Sequence record: MH791409.1
DNA from: Escherichia phage EcWhh-1
Strand: one strand, 5' to 3'
DNA length: 64,000 bases
Part shown: positions 1 through 9,352 of the stretch, piece by piece
How the letters are laid out: each line of letters starts with the position of its first letter
How positions within the stretch are numbered: position 1 is the first letter of the stretch
Notes under the pieces: generated by a model
Told to the model about the DNA's origin: nothing
The model's database searches: none
What the model saw: the letters and a program-made list of their open reading frames with translations, nothing else
Made by a program: the position numbers and the translations under genes

Positions 1-4
1 AAAA

Positions 5-20
5 GGGACCTTACGGTCCC
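5..20 (-). terminator. hairpin GGGACC-TTAC-GGTCCC downstream of rnlB
   Basis: perfect 6-bp inverted repeat with 4-nt loop, flanked by A/T runs. Confidence 0.5.
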
Positions 21-28
21 TTTATCAT

Positions 29-1036
29 TTATTCGGATACTAGTTCAATCCATACGGCCCGTAGGGTATCTTTTACACACTCAACGAGCTGCTTTTTAAC
101 TTCAACAGGGTTTTCTGCATCGGTTAATTCTAATTCTTCACGGGCTGCCTCTTCCAAAATATCTTGGACTGTCAGTCCCATTACCTTTCCAAAATCCTTT
201 TTAGATACTTCACCAATCTTACTGATAACGTTGTTAATACGGTTAACAGTCACATAATCAGTGAATTGCCACATCAAATCCATATCATCTTGGGATAAAA
301 CCACTGCAACTTTAATAGGCTTATCAGATTTTTTCTTCTCACTGAATTTAGAGTTCTTACATTTAATCGCTACACGATTTCCATTAGGGAGCCAGAGTGG
401 ATAACAGGGTTTTAATACGTACCCTTCAGCGGTAAATACTTCGCCTTTTGCTTCGGCATTCCACACATGAGCGTTAGCTTCGATTAGCCCAACATTATCT
501 ACCATAAAATTATAATCTTGGACGACAGAATCTAAATCATTTGGCAATTTAATAAGGTCTTCAAATTTACCACGGCCTAAAAGTGGGGCAACTTTAAATC
601 GAAATGTCTTACAGAATGATTCCAACATATAATCATCGACATAAGTCACATCGCCACTTTCTGTGGTAACAATAATGTCAAATACATAAAAATCTTTATC
701 ACCATAATCAACATTCTTCTGAATGCCAGGCCCGGCTAGTTCACCAAAAACTTGATAAGATACAGCAGCTGAAGTTTCCATGATATCTTGTACTGCTTTA
801 ATGGAATCAGCATAATTCTTTAAAACAATTTCATAACCAAAGAAATCTTCGGCTGGGAGAATTGGGCCAGTGCGCTTGGCGCATGTGACTGCGTCACGTT
901 CTATGATTAAACTAAAGTTGGTTCCATGAATCTTCTCACGTGCTACCCATTCACCGCCAGTCAAACCATTAATACGGAGTTTTTCGATAAACTTATTGTT
1001 GTAGTGGTTTTCGAGACTGCTATATTTCTTGAACAT
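29..1036 (-). CDS. rnlB: RNA ligase 2 (Rnl2)
   Basis: 335 aa; near full-length match to T4 Rnl2 as recalled ([13 protein letters not shown]...[15 protein letters not shown]); adjacent to hoc as in T4. Confidence 0.9.
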   Translation of the reverse strand: MFKKYSSLENHYNNKFIEKLRINGLTGGEWVAREKIHGTNFSLIIERDAVTCAKRTGPILPAEDFFGYEIVLKNYADSIKAVQDIMETSAAVSYQVFGELAGPGIQKNVDYGDKDFYVFDIIVTTESGDVTYVDDYMLESFCKTFRFKVAPLLGRGKFEDLIKLPNDLDSVVQDYNFMVDNVGLIEANAHVWNAEAKGEVFTAEGYVLKPCYPLWLPNGNRVAIKCKNSKFSEKKKSDKPIKVAVVLSQDDMDLMWQFTDYVTVNRINNVISKIGEVSKKDFGKVMGLTVQDILEEAAREELELTDAENPVEVKKQLVECVKDTLRAVWIELVSE

Positions 1037-1150
1037 AAATCACCATAATAAATATAATTAAATAGAAGAGCTAGTAATCTTCTGTCACCAAGCCAAATGG
1101 TTTAACGGAAGGACCTAGACCCATTATAACACACGTAAATTTAAAGCATA

Positions 1151-1360
1151 TTACTTTGAACTAGAACGCGCTTTGCGCCGAACCTTATTGATTAGACGTT
1201 TACGATATACCACTTTCTCTTTTGTTTTAAATTTCTCTTTGGCTTGTTCCACATCAACCCATGCTTTGGCCATGTCTTTAGCGGTCCCGCCCATTTTTTT
1301 AGCAATTTCTATAAAATTCAACCCGGATTCGTGTAAAAAATGTACTTTAATCTTATCCAT
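1151..1360 (-). CDS. hypothetical small basic protein (T4 24.2/24.3 position)
   Basis: 69-aa ORF between rnlB and hoc; lysine-rich C-terminus. Confidence 0.45.
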   Translation of the reverse strand: MDKIKVHFLHESGLNFIEIAKKMGGTAKDMAKAWVDVEQAKEKFKTKEKVVYRKRLINKVRRKARSSSK

Positions 1361-1445
1361 AACAATTCTCTAGTTGAGTTGGTAAATCCATCTTAACATA
1401 GAATTTTTAACTTGTAAACAGGAATTTTGTACTTTAATGCAAAAT

Positions 1446-1459
1446 GGGCCTTGCGGCCC
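1446..1459 (-). terminator. hairpin GGGCC-TTGC-GGCCC downstream of hoc
   Basis: GC stem; loop is GCAA (GNRA) on the - transcript. Confidence 0.5.
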
Positions 1460-1463
1460 TTAA

Positions 1464-2591
1464 TTAATAAACGTAATCGTATATAATACCAGCTTCTAAA
1501 GCGGTGCGATGGATAATTCTTCCATTACGTGATTCTTGTACATCAACCTCTGGATAATCGGCAACCATTTTTTGAAGAGTATAGCGATGGAGATAATAAT
1601 CGCTATCAGGGTCATCAGTTTTCCAGTCTTTACCTTCAAGGGTCATTTTCTGGATTTCATCCATAACCCACCAGCCGGCCCAAATATACGCTGAATTACG
1701 AACAGGAAGTGGGTGTACATAAGGTAGTTCACCTTCCGGTTCAGGAGCGACTTTAGCCGTAATTGTTACATTACCGGATTTTGTGACGGTCACAGGATTA
1801 TAGTTGGTAGCCGAAACAACAACAGAAACTTCAATAACCTGCGAACCTTCAGCACTAGTATCAACCACTAAAGTATCTGTGGCACCTGCGACTGATGAAC
1901 CGTCTTTCTTCCAAGAATAAGCAAAAGTAGCACCAGCAGGCGCACCGGCTACGGTAGCTTTAAAAGAAGCTGGAGTTCCTTCCGGAACATTAATAGAGGC
2001 GGGCGTTAAAGTAACAGAAACACCTGACATAGTTTTCTTAACAAAAGTTACCGCAACACCTTTGGTAGCGGTAGCCGGGTCATATTCAGGGGCGGTAACA
2101 GTAACTTCACAGTTCAAAGTGTAATTTGCTTCCGCCGCTTCGGTTATGGTAATAGTTTTACCGGTTTGACCTGATATTACGCTAGTGTTACGTTTCCAAA
2201 CATAAGCGATTGTTGCACCAGAAGGAGCACCTGTTACGTTAGCAGTAACGACCTGAGATTGGCCAATTTCTTTAGAAACGGAAGTAGGGTCCAAGGCTAA
2301 AGAAATGGTCATGGTCTTATTAGCTACGGTAACTTCAAAAGTATCTTCAGCTACCTCAGGTTCGCCTTCAGCCGGAGTAGAAGTTGCTACTACTTTTAAA
2401 ACTTTCTTACCTGCAGGTGAAGCACCTGTATATTTCAAAACATTGGTTGCTTCTGGATTAGAAGCACCATCAATAGACCATACATATGTAATGGTTCCTT
2501 CTACAGCTGCACCTGTTGCGGTAGCAGTGTAGTTAGCACTTTCGCCTATTTTAATAGACGCTGTGCTGGCTATACTTACAGTAAAAGCCAT
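1464..2591 (-). CDS. hoc: highly immunogenic outer capsid protein Hoc (Ig-like repeats)
   Basis: 375 aa; repeated Ig-like segments and C-terminal EGELPYVHPLP...WWVMDEIQKMT as in T4 Hoc. Confidence 0.9.
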   Translation of the reverse strand: MAFTVSIASTASIKIGESANYTATATGAAVEGTITYVWSIDGASNPEATNVLKYTGASPAGKKVLKVVATSTPAEGEPEVAEDTFEVTVANKTMTISLALDPTSVSKEIGQSQVVTANVTGAPSGATIAYVWKRNTSVISGQTGKTITITEAAEANYTLNCEVTVTAPEYDPATATKGVAVTFVKKTMSGVSVTLTPASINVPEGTPASFKATVAGAPAGATFAYSWKKDGSSVAGATDTLVVDTSAEGSQVIEVSVVVSATNYNPVTVTKSGNVTITAKVAPEPEGELPYVHPLPVRNSAYIWAGWWVMDEIQKMTLEGKDWKTDDPDSDYYLHRYTLQKMVADYPEVDVQESRNGRIIHRTALEAGIIYDYVY

Positions 2592-2600
2592 AGTTTACCC

Positions 2601-3272
2601 TTATTTTAAAGTTACAAAAGATGAATTACGTGTTTCACGTACTAATACTGAGCCATTACGATTGATGTAATAAATCAGACTGAATAATGTTTGGTGGGCA
2701 GAAGGGTGTTGGAAATCTTTAGGACGTTCTTTCCAATCAGGGGTTTCAGAAATCCATTGATAAATCCACCAAGGAACAGTACAGTAACCAGGGTTTTTAC
2801 CAATAAGCAAAAGATTAGGACTAAAGTTTTCAGGCAAAGAGAATACAGGTTTTTCAGATTCAATAACCTCGGCTACAGCCTCTTTTAATTTCTCTTCGAC
2901 AAAAGGAACATCTTCTTCAATAATCTCTACCTTAGGAAGTTCGGCTACCTCAATAACTTCAACTACCGCTTCAGGGGCATCAAATAATAGGGTAGCCTCT
3001 TCTTTGGCAGGTTCAGCACCATCAACAAATTCGTTAGCGCCTGTTAGTTCGTCGGCAGCATCAATCAAATCAGAAATAGACAAACCTTCGGTTTCTGGAA
3101 GTGGTTCATCAGCCAGGGCTTTAAGGCCTTCAGAGATATCGATAATCAAATTATCAAACGAACGGGTTTTCTTAAGTTTTAAACCGAATTGTTCGCCGTA
3201 TTCGATTAACTTAGCTTTAGCTTCTTTTTTATCTTCGAGTGCACGAAGCTCTTCAATATATTGAGTATCCAT
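2601..3272 (-). CDS. inh: inhibitor of prohead protease (Inh)-like acidic protein
   Basis: 223 aa, between hoc and uvsW as in T4 (Inh 226 aa); assigned by synteny and size. Confidence 0.6.
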   Translation of the reverse strand: MDTQYIEELRALEDKKEAKAKLIEYGEQFGLKLKKTRSFDNLIIDISEGLKALADEPLPETEGLSISDLIDAADELTGANEFVDGAEPAKEEATLLFDAPEAVVEVIEVAELPKVEIIEEDVPFVEEKLKEAVAEVIESEKPVFSLPENFSPNLLLIGKNPGYCTVPWWIYQWISETPDWKERPKDFQHPSAHQTLFSLIYYINRNGSVLVRETRNSSFVTLK

Positions 3273-3291
3273 AATTAGTCTCTTGTTGGTG

Positions 3292-3313
3292 TATAAATAT
3301 AATTATATTTATA
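3292..3313. promoter_or_regulatory. back-to-back late promoters: TATAAATA (+, uvsW) and TATTTATA (- sense TATAAATA, inh)
   Basis: exact T4 late promoter consensus on both strands in the inh-uvsW divergent intergenic region. Confidence 0.6.
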
Positions 3314-3327
3314 ACTGAGAATTAGAC

Positions 3328-4824
3328 ATGCAAATTCAAGTACATTTTGATAATTTTAGTCATGTTCGTGTTGAGTGTGATGAATCCACCTTCTACGAAC
3401 TCAGAGACTATTTCAGCTTTGAAGCTGATGGATATAAATTTAACCCTAAATACCGTTACGGGCAATGGGATGGGAGAATTCGTCTTCTAGATTATAACCG
3501 TAAACTCCCGTATGGTCTAGTCCCACAAATTAAAAAATTCGCTGACCAGTTTGAATACTCTCTTTGGATAGACCCACGAATTCTTGAACAAGAAGATATT
3601 TCACGTGAAGATTTTGACTCATGGGTGGCTTCACAAGAGATTTATTCAGGTTCTACCAAGATTGAGCCACATTGGTATCAGAATGAAGCCGTATACAACG
3701 GTCTGACAAAACGTCGTGCAATTCTGAATTTACCTACATCTGCAGGTAAATCATTGATTCAGGCACTCCTGAGTCGATATTACGTTGAGAACTATGAAGG
3801 TAAAATTCTTATCTTAGTTCCTACTACTGCACTTGTCGACCAGATGATTAATGACTTCATTGATTATCGTTTGTTCCCTAAAGCTGCTATGCTTGGTATT
3901 CGTTCAGGTACTGCTCGTGATTCCGATGCAATGATTTATGTTTCAACTTATCAAACGGCTATTAAACAGCCTAAAGAATGGTTTGCTCAGTTTGGTATGT
4001 TTATGAACGACGAATGCCATTTGGCGACAGGTAAATCAATTTCTACCATCATCGAAGGCCTAACCAATTGTATGTTTAAATTCGGTTTGTCTGGTTCTTT
4101 AAAAGATGGTAAAGCCAATTTAATGCAATATATGGGTTTGTTTGGTGATGTGTTTAAGCCGGTATCCACTTCACAGTTAATGGAAGAAGGACAGGTTACA
4201 GACCTTAAAATCAACAGTATTTTCCTTCGTTATCCGGATGAATTCACTGTTAAGATGAAAGGTAAAGATTACCAATCAGAAATAAAGGTCATTACTAAGG
4301 CTACTCGTCGTAATAAATGGGTTGCTAATTTAGCTGTTAAACTCGCTAAGAAAGAAGAGAACGTATTCCTGATGTTTAAAAACATCGAACACGGTAAAAC
4401 TCTTTTTGAAATGGTTAAAGAGCAACATAAAGAAGTTTATTACGTATCAGGTGAAGTTAATACCGAAACGCGTAATGCTCTGAAAGTAATGGCGGAAAAT
4501 GGTAAAGGTATTATTGTTGTGGCAAGTTATGGTGTGTTCTCTACTGGTATTTCCGTTAAGAACCTTCATCATGTTGTATTTGCTCATCCAGTAAAATCCA
4601 AAATCATTGTACTCCAGACAATTGGTCGTGTACTCCGTAAACATGCTTCTAAATCAACAGCACAAGTTTGGGACATTATAGACGACATGGGCGTTAAGCC
4701 TAAATCAGCAAATGCTAAAAAGAAATATGTTCATTTGAATTATGCATTAAAACATGCCTTAGAACGTATTCAACGTTATGCTGACGAGAAATTTAATTAC
4801 GTAATGAAACAGGTGGATTTATGA
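3328..4824 (+). CDS. uvsW: UvsW DNA/RNA helicase (SF2)
   Basis: 498 aa; matches T4 UvsW throughout as recalled (Walker A NLPTSAGKS, DECH box). Confidence 0.92.
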   Translation: MQIQVHFDNFSHVRVECDESTFYELRDYFSFEADGYKFNPKYRYGQWDGRIRLLDYNRKLPYGLVPQIKKFADQFEYSLWIDPRILEQEDISREDFDSWVASQEIYSGSTKIEPHWYQNEAVYNGLTKRRAILNLPTSAGKSLIQALLSRYYVENYEGKILILVPTTALVDQMINDFIDYRLFPKAAMLGIRSGTARDSDAMIYVSTYQTAIKQPKEWFAQFGMFMNDECHLATGKSISTIIEGLTNCMFKFGLSGSLKDGKANLMQYMGLFGDVFKPVSTSQLMEEGQVTDLKINSIFLRYPDEFTVKMKGKDYQSEIKVITKATRRNKWVANLAVKLAKKEENVFLMFKNIEHGKTLFEMVKEQHKEVYYVSGEVNTETRNALKVMAENGKGIIVVASYGVFSTGISVKNLHHVVFAHPVKSKIIVLQTIGRVLRKHASKSTAQVWDIIDDMGVKPKSANAKKKYVHLNYALKHALERIQRYADEKFNYVMKQVDL

Positions 4825-5048
4825 AGTCCTTTAAAGAAGTTATCTATGAAGCCTCTATCGAGAGCTTCATGTCTAAAATTAGTTCTTGTCAAACCATGGA
4901 CGGTTTGAAGGAATTGGAAAAGTATTACAAAACTCGTAGTAAGGAAGCCGAACTTCGTGATTCGGATGATATCAGCGTACGCGATGCATTGGCTGGTAAG
5001 AGAGCCGAATTGGAGTCGATGGACGACGAGGAAGAGGAAGATTTCTAA
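4821..5048 (+). CDS. uvsW.1: UvsW.1-like acidic protein
   Basis: 75 aa, overlaps uvsW stop (ATGA), acidic C-terminus; same position as T4 uvsW.1. Confidence 0.7.
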   Translation: MKSFKEVIYEASIESFMSKISSCQTMDGLKELEKYYKTRSKEAELRDSDDISVRDALAGKRAELESMDDEEEEDF

Positions 5049-5055
5049 ACAAAAA

Positions 5056-5078
5056 GGGCCCAACCTTTCGGAAGGGCC
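5056..5078 (+). terminator. hairpin GGCCC...GGGCC after uvsW.1
   Basis: inverted repeat directly after the uvsW.1 stop. Confidence 0.4.
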
Positions 5079-5108
5079 AATAACCATAAAATGGCTATAC
5101 ACACTAGA

Positions 5109-5276
5109 CTAAAGTAATAATTGTGTTTCGTTCAGCTGTTCTTCAGTGTTTTCCGTAACAGGCATGCTTTGAACGTAATTATAACATGAACCCGGATGAA
5201 CCGGACCTTTTTCTGTTTCAACAACCAATGCAGCATCGATTGGAGTTTTACAGACAACGCAAATCTTATCTGACAT
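5109..5276 (-). CDS. small Cys-rich protein (uvsY.-2 position)
   Basis: 55-aa ORF not in the supplied track (<60 aa); MSDKICVVCKTP...GSCYNY suggests a zinc ribbon; coordinates approximate. Confidence 0.45.
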   Translation of the reverse strand: MSDKICVVCKTPIDAALVVETEKGPVHPGSCYNYVQSMPVTENTEEQLNETQLLL

Positions 5277-5402
5277 GATTGTCTCCTTAGTTTATCTTAC
5301 ATATCTATTTATTACTTGCTAAAGCGGCATTAATGAATTCTTGGAGAAGTTTCATCTTATCAGCATCTGCTTTAATGGGTTTGGTATTTTTAGTACGTCT
5401 CA

Positions 5403-5837
5403 TTATTTGCCAGCCTCAAATTGTCTCATCTCATGCATGGTCTTAAGGTTAAAACCTCGCGCCTTAATAGCATCCAGTGCTGAACTACAAAAGTCCTGTA
5501 ATAAGGCCCAATACTGGATTGATGTATCTATTTTAATCACGCTAGAATCTGCGGCCATTACAGTCTTTAATTCTGACTTCTCGTATTGGTCCATACAAAC
5601 CTCATCACCAGGCTCTCCGCGTCCCGTGTAGAAATCTAATCGCTTCTTAAGAGAGGTCTTTTTCTGGATTTCTAATCGCATTATCTCTTTCTTACAATTC
5701 GTATACAGCCTTAGCCATTTGCTGTGCAGCAAAACGTTGTTCTGTACTTCATACTGTAAACGAGTCCCATCAATTTTTAAATCTTCATCCAATGCATCTT
5801 GGAATGATTCCAATTTATATTCAATCTCTTTACTCAT
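5403..5837 (-). CDS. uvsY: UvsY recombination mediator
   Basis: matches T4 UvsY (LQYEVQNNVLLHSKWL...MHEMRQFEAGK); track ORF extends upstream from a GTG, ATG at MSKEI preferred. Confidence 0.85.
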   Translation of the reverse strand: MSKEIEYKLESFQDALDEDLKIDGTRLQYEVQNNVLLHSKWLRLYTNCKKEIMRLEIQKKTSLKKRLDFYTGRGEPGDEVCMDQYEKSELKTVMAADSSVIKIDTSIQYWALLQDFCSSALDAIKARGFNLKTMHEMRQFEAGK

Positions 5838-5895
5838 CGCATGTTTCCTGTGTAATAACCATAGGACCATTATACACCATTCATTTGAACAGCAA
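5838..5895 (-). promoter_or_regulatory. candidate uvsY promoter region (possible ori(uvsY) equivalent)
   Basis: - strand reads TTGCTGTTCA then TATAAT about 15 nt downstream, just upstream of uvsY; T4 has a middle promoter/origin at this position. Confidence 0.3.
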
Positions 5896-6285
5896 TTAAC
5901 CACTCTGTGAGAGTTGGATTCTAATTTGCTCTAATGTATCCGGGTCATCAACAATACTAAACTGAACGGATACTATAATAGAGTTGTCATCATAAACAGG
6001 GGTAACGCCTACGGCAAGAGCAGAAATTCTGGGTTCGAAGTTCCGCACAGCAGAAACTATATTACGCTTAATGGTATCCGTGATTAATGGGGTAATATTC
6101 TCAAATAGTTGATTACTGATATCACAACCAAATTCAGGCATAAAAGGGCGAGAACCCTTACGAGTAGTAATAATGCCTAACAAACTGTTTTTTACTGCAC
6201 GGGCCCCTGTAGCTTTAGCGACGTCTCTATTCCAAGACGTCCTCATTTCAGGGTCCAAATCTGAATACATTTTATCGATATTCAT
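5896..6285 (-). CDS. 25: baseplate wedge protein gp25
   Basis: 129 aa; matches T4 gp25 (NSLLGIITTRKGSRPF...PEFGCD). Confidence 0.9.
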   Translation of the reverse strand: MNIDKMYSDLDPEMRTSWNRDVAKATGARAVKNSLLGIITTRKGSRPFMPEFGCDISNQLFENITPLITDTIKRNIVSAVRNFEPRISALAVGVTPVYDDNSIIVSVQFSIVDDPDTLEQIRIQLSQSG

Positions 6286-6908
6286 TACATCACCTTAAAG
6301 AACTCTTTAAGTCCCTCAATAACGTGGACGGTATGCTCACCACATTCACAAGAAATAGGTATGGCCAAAATAGGCTTAGGGGCAACTAGAGCATCATAAA
6401 CTTCTTTTACATCTTTTTCTGTTATAACAGAATAAAGGTCGTCTAGTTCCGCATCACTTAAATCAGAAAGAAGAAGCTTTTCGCCTGCAGAAGTTAAAAT
6501 ATAATCGATACATCCTGCAACCATCATAGCCCTATTTTTGTCTTCAAAGAGCTTAGGATATCTGAACACTATTTTAAAGTTGCCGAAGTCCTTAATAATA
6601 TCAGGCTCTTTACCTAATGAAGCGCGAGTTAACGTCATAGGGACAACCTGTGAGCGACCACAACTGCAAACCCACTCACGTTCTATATTCACTTCAGCCA
6701 GTGAATGGGCCCACAGGTTTATCACCAGGAGCTCAGATTCTTGCTTGTTTAAACCACGAGCATCTGTGCAATTCAAAATGAGTTCATTGATAAAGGGCTC
6801 TATTCTGTCTTCTAATTTAGCTTGGAGCAAGTCCTTATACTCTCTGAGGGTAAATGCTCTGCATTTTATGGTCTTGTTTTTAATTTTTACGTCAAAAGTA
6901 TAATTCAT
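6285..6908 (-). CDS. 26: baseplate hub subunit gp26
   Basis: 207 aa (T4 gp26 208 aa); synteny 25-26-51-27. Confidence 0.75.
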   Translation of the reverse strand: MNYTFDVKIKNKTIKCRAFTLREYKDLLQAKLEDRIEPFINELILNCTDARGLNKQESELLVINLWAHSLAEVNIEREWVCSCGRSQVVPMTLTRASLGKEPDIIKDFGNFKIVFRYPKLFEDKNRAMMVAGCIDYILTSAGEKLLLSDLSDAELDDLYSVITEKDVKEVYDALVAPKPILAIPISCECGEHTVHVIEGLKEFFKVM

Positions 6909-6926
6909 TGTCTTCTCCTTTAAGCT

Positions 6927-6938
6927 TATTTATAAATA
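6927..6938. promoter_or_regulatory. palindromic back-to-back late promoters TATTTATAAATA (26/25 on -, 51 on +)
   Basis: contains TATAAATA on both strands between divergent genes 26 and 51. Confidence 0.6.
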
Positions 6939-6958
6939 CATCAATAAGAGGATACCCT

Positions 6959-7711
6959 ATGGCTAATATAGTGCGTTGCGAAATGCCTGATGGAGTCCAC
7001 CGATTTAAACCTTTTACAGTAGCTGATTATCGTGATTTTATTTTGATTCGAAATGATATGAATAATAAATCACCCGAAGAGCAAAAACAAATTTTAGATG
7101 AGTTACTGGAAGAATACTTTGGTGAGTACCCTGTGTCATGGCGCCCATACATGTTTATTGAATTGTATACGTCATCTCTCGGCAAGACCAAAATTCCTAT
7201 CCGATACACTTGCAGTAAGTGTGAAAAGGATAGACAAGTTTTATTCAATTTGAAGCAGACCAAGTTAGATAACCCTACAATTGAAGTGGCTGGCTTGAAA
7301 CTGACATTCAAATTCCCAGAAATAGAATATCACGATAAATCTGAATTGATTTTGAACACCCTCCAAACCGTAGAAGATGAAAACGGAAAATATAATTGGT
7401 CAGACCTTTCTGAAGAGGACCAATTAGCCGTAATAGATGCTATAGACTTATCCACTTTAGAGGATATAGTTAAACAAACTAGCCCTATTCATTTCGAGCT
7501 CAAATATGGGTGCTGTAATCGTAGAACAATTACATACACTGACATTTTAGAAGTGTTTAAACTTATAGTCAATCCGGATGAGATATTTTTATTTTACCAA
7601 ATAAACCATTTACTGGTAAAGAACAATTATTCATTAGAAAGCATTATGCAGATGATTCCAATCGAACGCGGTATTGCTTTGTCTTTGGTTGAAAAGGACC
7701 TTAAGAAATGA
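6959..7711 (+). CDS. 51: baseplate hub assembly catalyst gp51
   Basis: track ORF starts at 6908 inside the promoter; ATG at about 6959 ([10 protein letters not shown]) gives 250 aa vs T4 gp51 249 aa. Confidence 0.7.
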   Translation: MANIVRCEMPDGVHRFKPFTVADYRDFILIRNDMNNKSPEEQKQILDELLEEYFGEYPVSWRPYMFIELYTSSLGKTKIPIRYTCSKCEKDRQVLFNLKQTKLDNPTIEVAGLKLTFKFPEIEYHDKSELILNTLQTVEDENGKYNWSDLSEEDQLAVIDAIDLSTLEDIVKQTSPIHFELKYGCCNRRTITYTDILEVFKLIVNPDEIFLFYQINHLLVKNNYSLESIMQMIPIERGIALSLVEKDLKK

Positions 7712-8877
7712 GTTCAAAAACTATGCAGCGTGAAGGCTTTCCTAATATCAGCATACGCCTTTACGAAGATTATGACGCCTGGTTAGAGCATCGTTTTGTT
7801 GAACTAGGCGCGACATTTACTACCCTAACAATGCGAGATGGCCTTTACGGTAGTAATGAAGGATTGCTCCAGTTTTATGATGCAAAAAACCTTCATACTA
7901 AAATGGACGGTGAACAGATTATCCAAGTTTCTGTTAAGAATGCCAACTCCGAGCGTACCCAATCAAGAATTTACGGAAGTAAACACTTTGCAGTAGGGGT
8001 GGATTCTAAGGGCGACAATATCATAACAATACAACTCGCCCCAATCCACTTTTTAGAAAATCTTAAATTCGGCCGTATGTTCTTCCCTAGTGTTCAAGAA
8101 ACATTAACCGAAATGATTGGTGTTATTTACCAGGACCGACCACTCCTTGCACCTCCATTGAACGGGATAAACGTTTATGTTCCTAACGTTCCATGGTGTG
8201 ATTCTATGGACAGATATATGGAATTTGTACGAGAAGTTGGTATGGCCGTTGAATCCGATAAATTTGTATTTGTCTGGGAAGATATAGATGGTATTTCTAT
8301 CATGGACTACGAATTTATGGTTAATCAAGAGCCTATCAATTTTGTGGTTGGTGAGCCTCGTTTAATAGGCCAATACGTCCAAGATATGGATACTCCTATT
8401 GCATTTGATTTTGAGTGGTTAACTAAAGCTAACCAACATACCCGAAAACCGTACGAAAATGCTACAGTATACGCCCATTCGTTCCTAGATAAAAACGCCA
8501 CACGAATTACTTTTGGTGACGGGCAAAACAGTATATTGGTTTCTCGTTCAGGTGGATATTCTGATTATACCTACCGAAACGGGTTTGAAGAAGCTGATAG
8601 ATTGGTTACTATGGCCCAGTATGATGGGTACGCTCATTGCAAGGTATATGGGAACTTTGAATTAACTCCGGGTGATAAGATTAACTTCTATGACCCTAAA
8701 AACCAATTCCAATACGATTTTTATGTAGACGAAGTTATTCATGAAGTGAGTAACAATACATCAATTACAAACCTTTATATGTTTACTAATGGTAAGCCTA
8801 TTAAGATTGAAGAGCCACCGAAGGTTAAAAATGAACTTAAAACTGATACTCCCGATCAAGAAAATAACGCTGGGTGA
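7708..8877 (+). CDS. 27: baseplate hub protein gp27
   Basis: 389 aa (T4 391 aa); N-terminal similarity to T4 gp27; synteny. Confidence 0.85.
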   Translation: MSSKTMQREGFPNISIRLYEDYDAWLEHRFVELGATFTTLTMRDGLYGSNEGLLQFYDAKNLHTKMDGEQIIQVSVKNANSERTQSRIYGSKHFAVGVDSKGDNIITIQLAPIHFLENLKFGRMFFPSVQETLTEMIGVIYQDRPLLAPPLNGINVYVPNVPWCDSMDRYMEFVREVGMAVESDKFVFVWEDIDGISIMDYEFMVNQEPINFVVGEPRLIGQYVQDMDTPIAFDFEWLTKANQHTRKPYENATVYAHSFLDKNATRITFGDGQNSILVSRSGGYSDYTYRNGFEEADRLVTMAQYDGYAHCKVYGNFELTPGDKINFYDPKNQFQYDFYVDEVIHEVSNNTSITNLYMFTNGKPIKIEEPPKVKNELKTDTPDQENNAG

Positions 8878-9352
8878 TAAAGAGATTTCCATTCCTAAAT
8901 TGGGTCTTAAACACCAAAAATTGGTTAAAGATGAAAAAGACCCTTATAAAGCTCTTCATATATTAATGAGTTCCATTTATAAGGGTTTAACTGCAGCCGA
9001 AACAGATTTCGCTGCTCTTCATCTTTTAGAATTCAACGGACGGTTGAAAGAAAAGGTAACTAAGGATGGGTTTACGTATAACCTAAATGACCTTTATATC
9101 TGCCAACGTCTTGAATTCCAATTCCAAGGTAAAACATTTAAATTTAAATCACATGAACCGTTCCAAACATTTGGTCCTGTTGATAGTGTATTACAATCCC
9201 TTTACCTTGGTGATGATGTACCAGATTTTCTGGATATGCCTGCCTTTGTTGCTACATGGGCCGACGATATAACTTCTACTGTAGCTATCCCTGGTCCTAA
9301 TGGTCCTATTAAAGGATTGCTTAAAATCATGGATATCTTAAATGAAGAATGA
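8831..9352 (+). CDS. 28: baseplate hub distal subunit gp28
   Basis: internal ATG (MNLKLILP) gives about 173 aa vs T4 177 aa; synteny. Confidence 0.65.
   Translation: MNLKLILPIKKITLGDKEISIPKLGLKHQKLVKDEKDPYKALHILMSSIYKGLTAAETDFAALHLLEFNGRLKEKVTKDGFTYNLNDLYICQRLEFQFQGKTFKFKSHEPFQTFGPVDSVLQSLYLGDDVPDFLDMPAFVATWADDITSTVAIPGPNGPIKGLLKIMDILNEE

Noticed and set aside
1173-1373. 66-aa + strand ORF opposite the 69-aa - strand ORF
   Set aside because: It lies in a block of - strand early genes with no promoter or RBS on the + strand; the - strand ORF is the more plausible gene.
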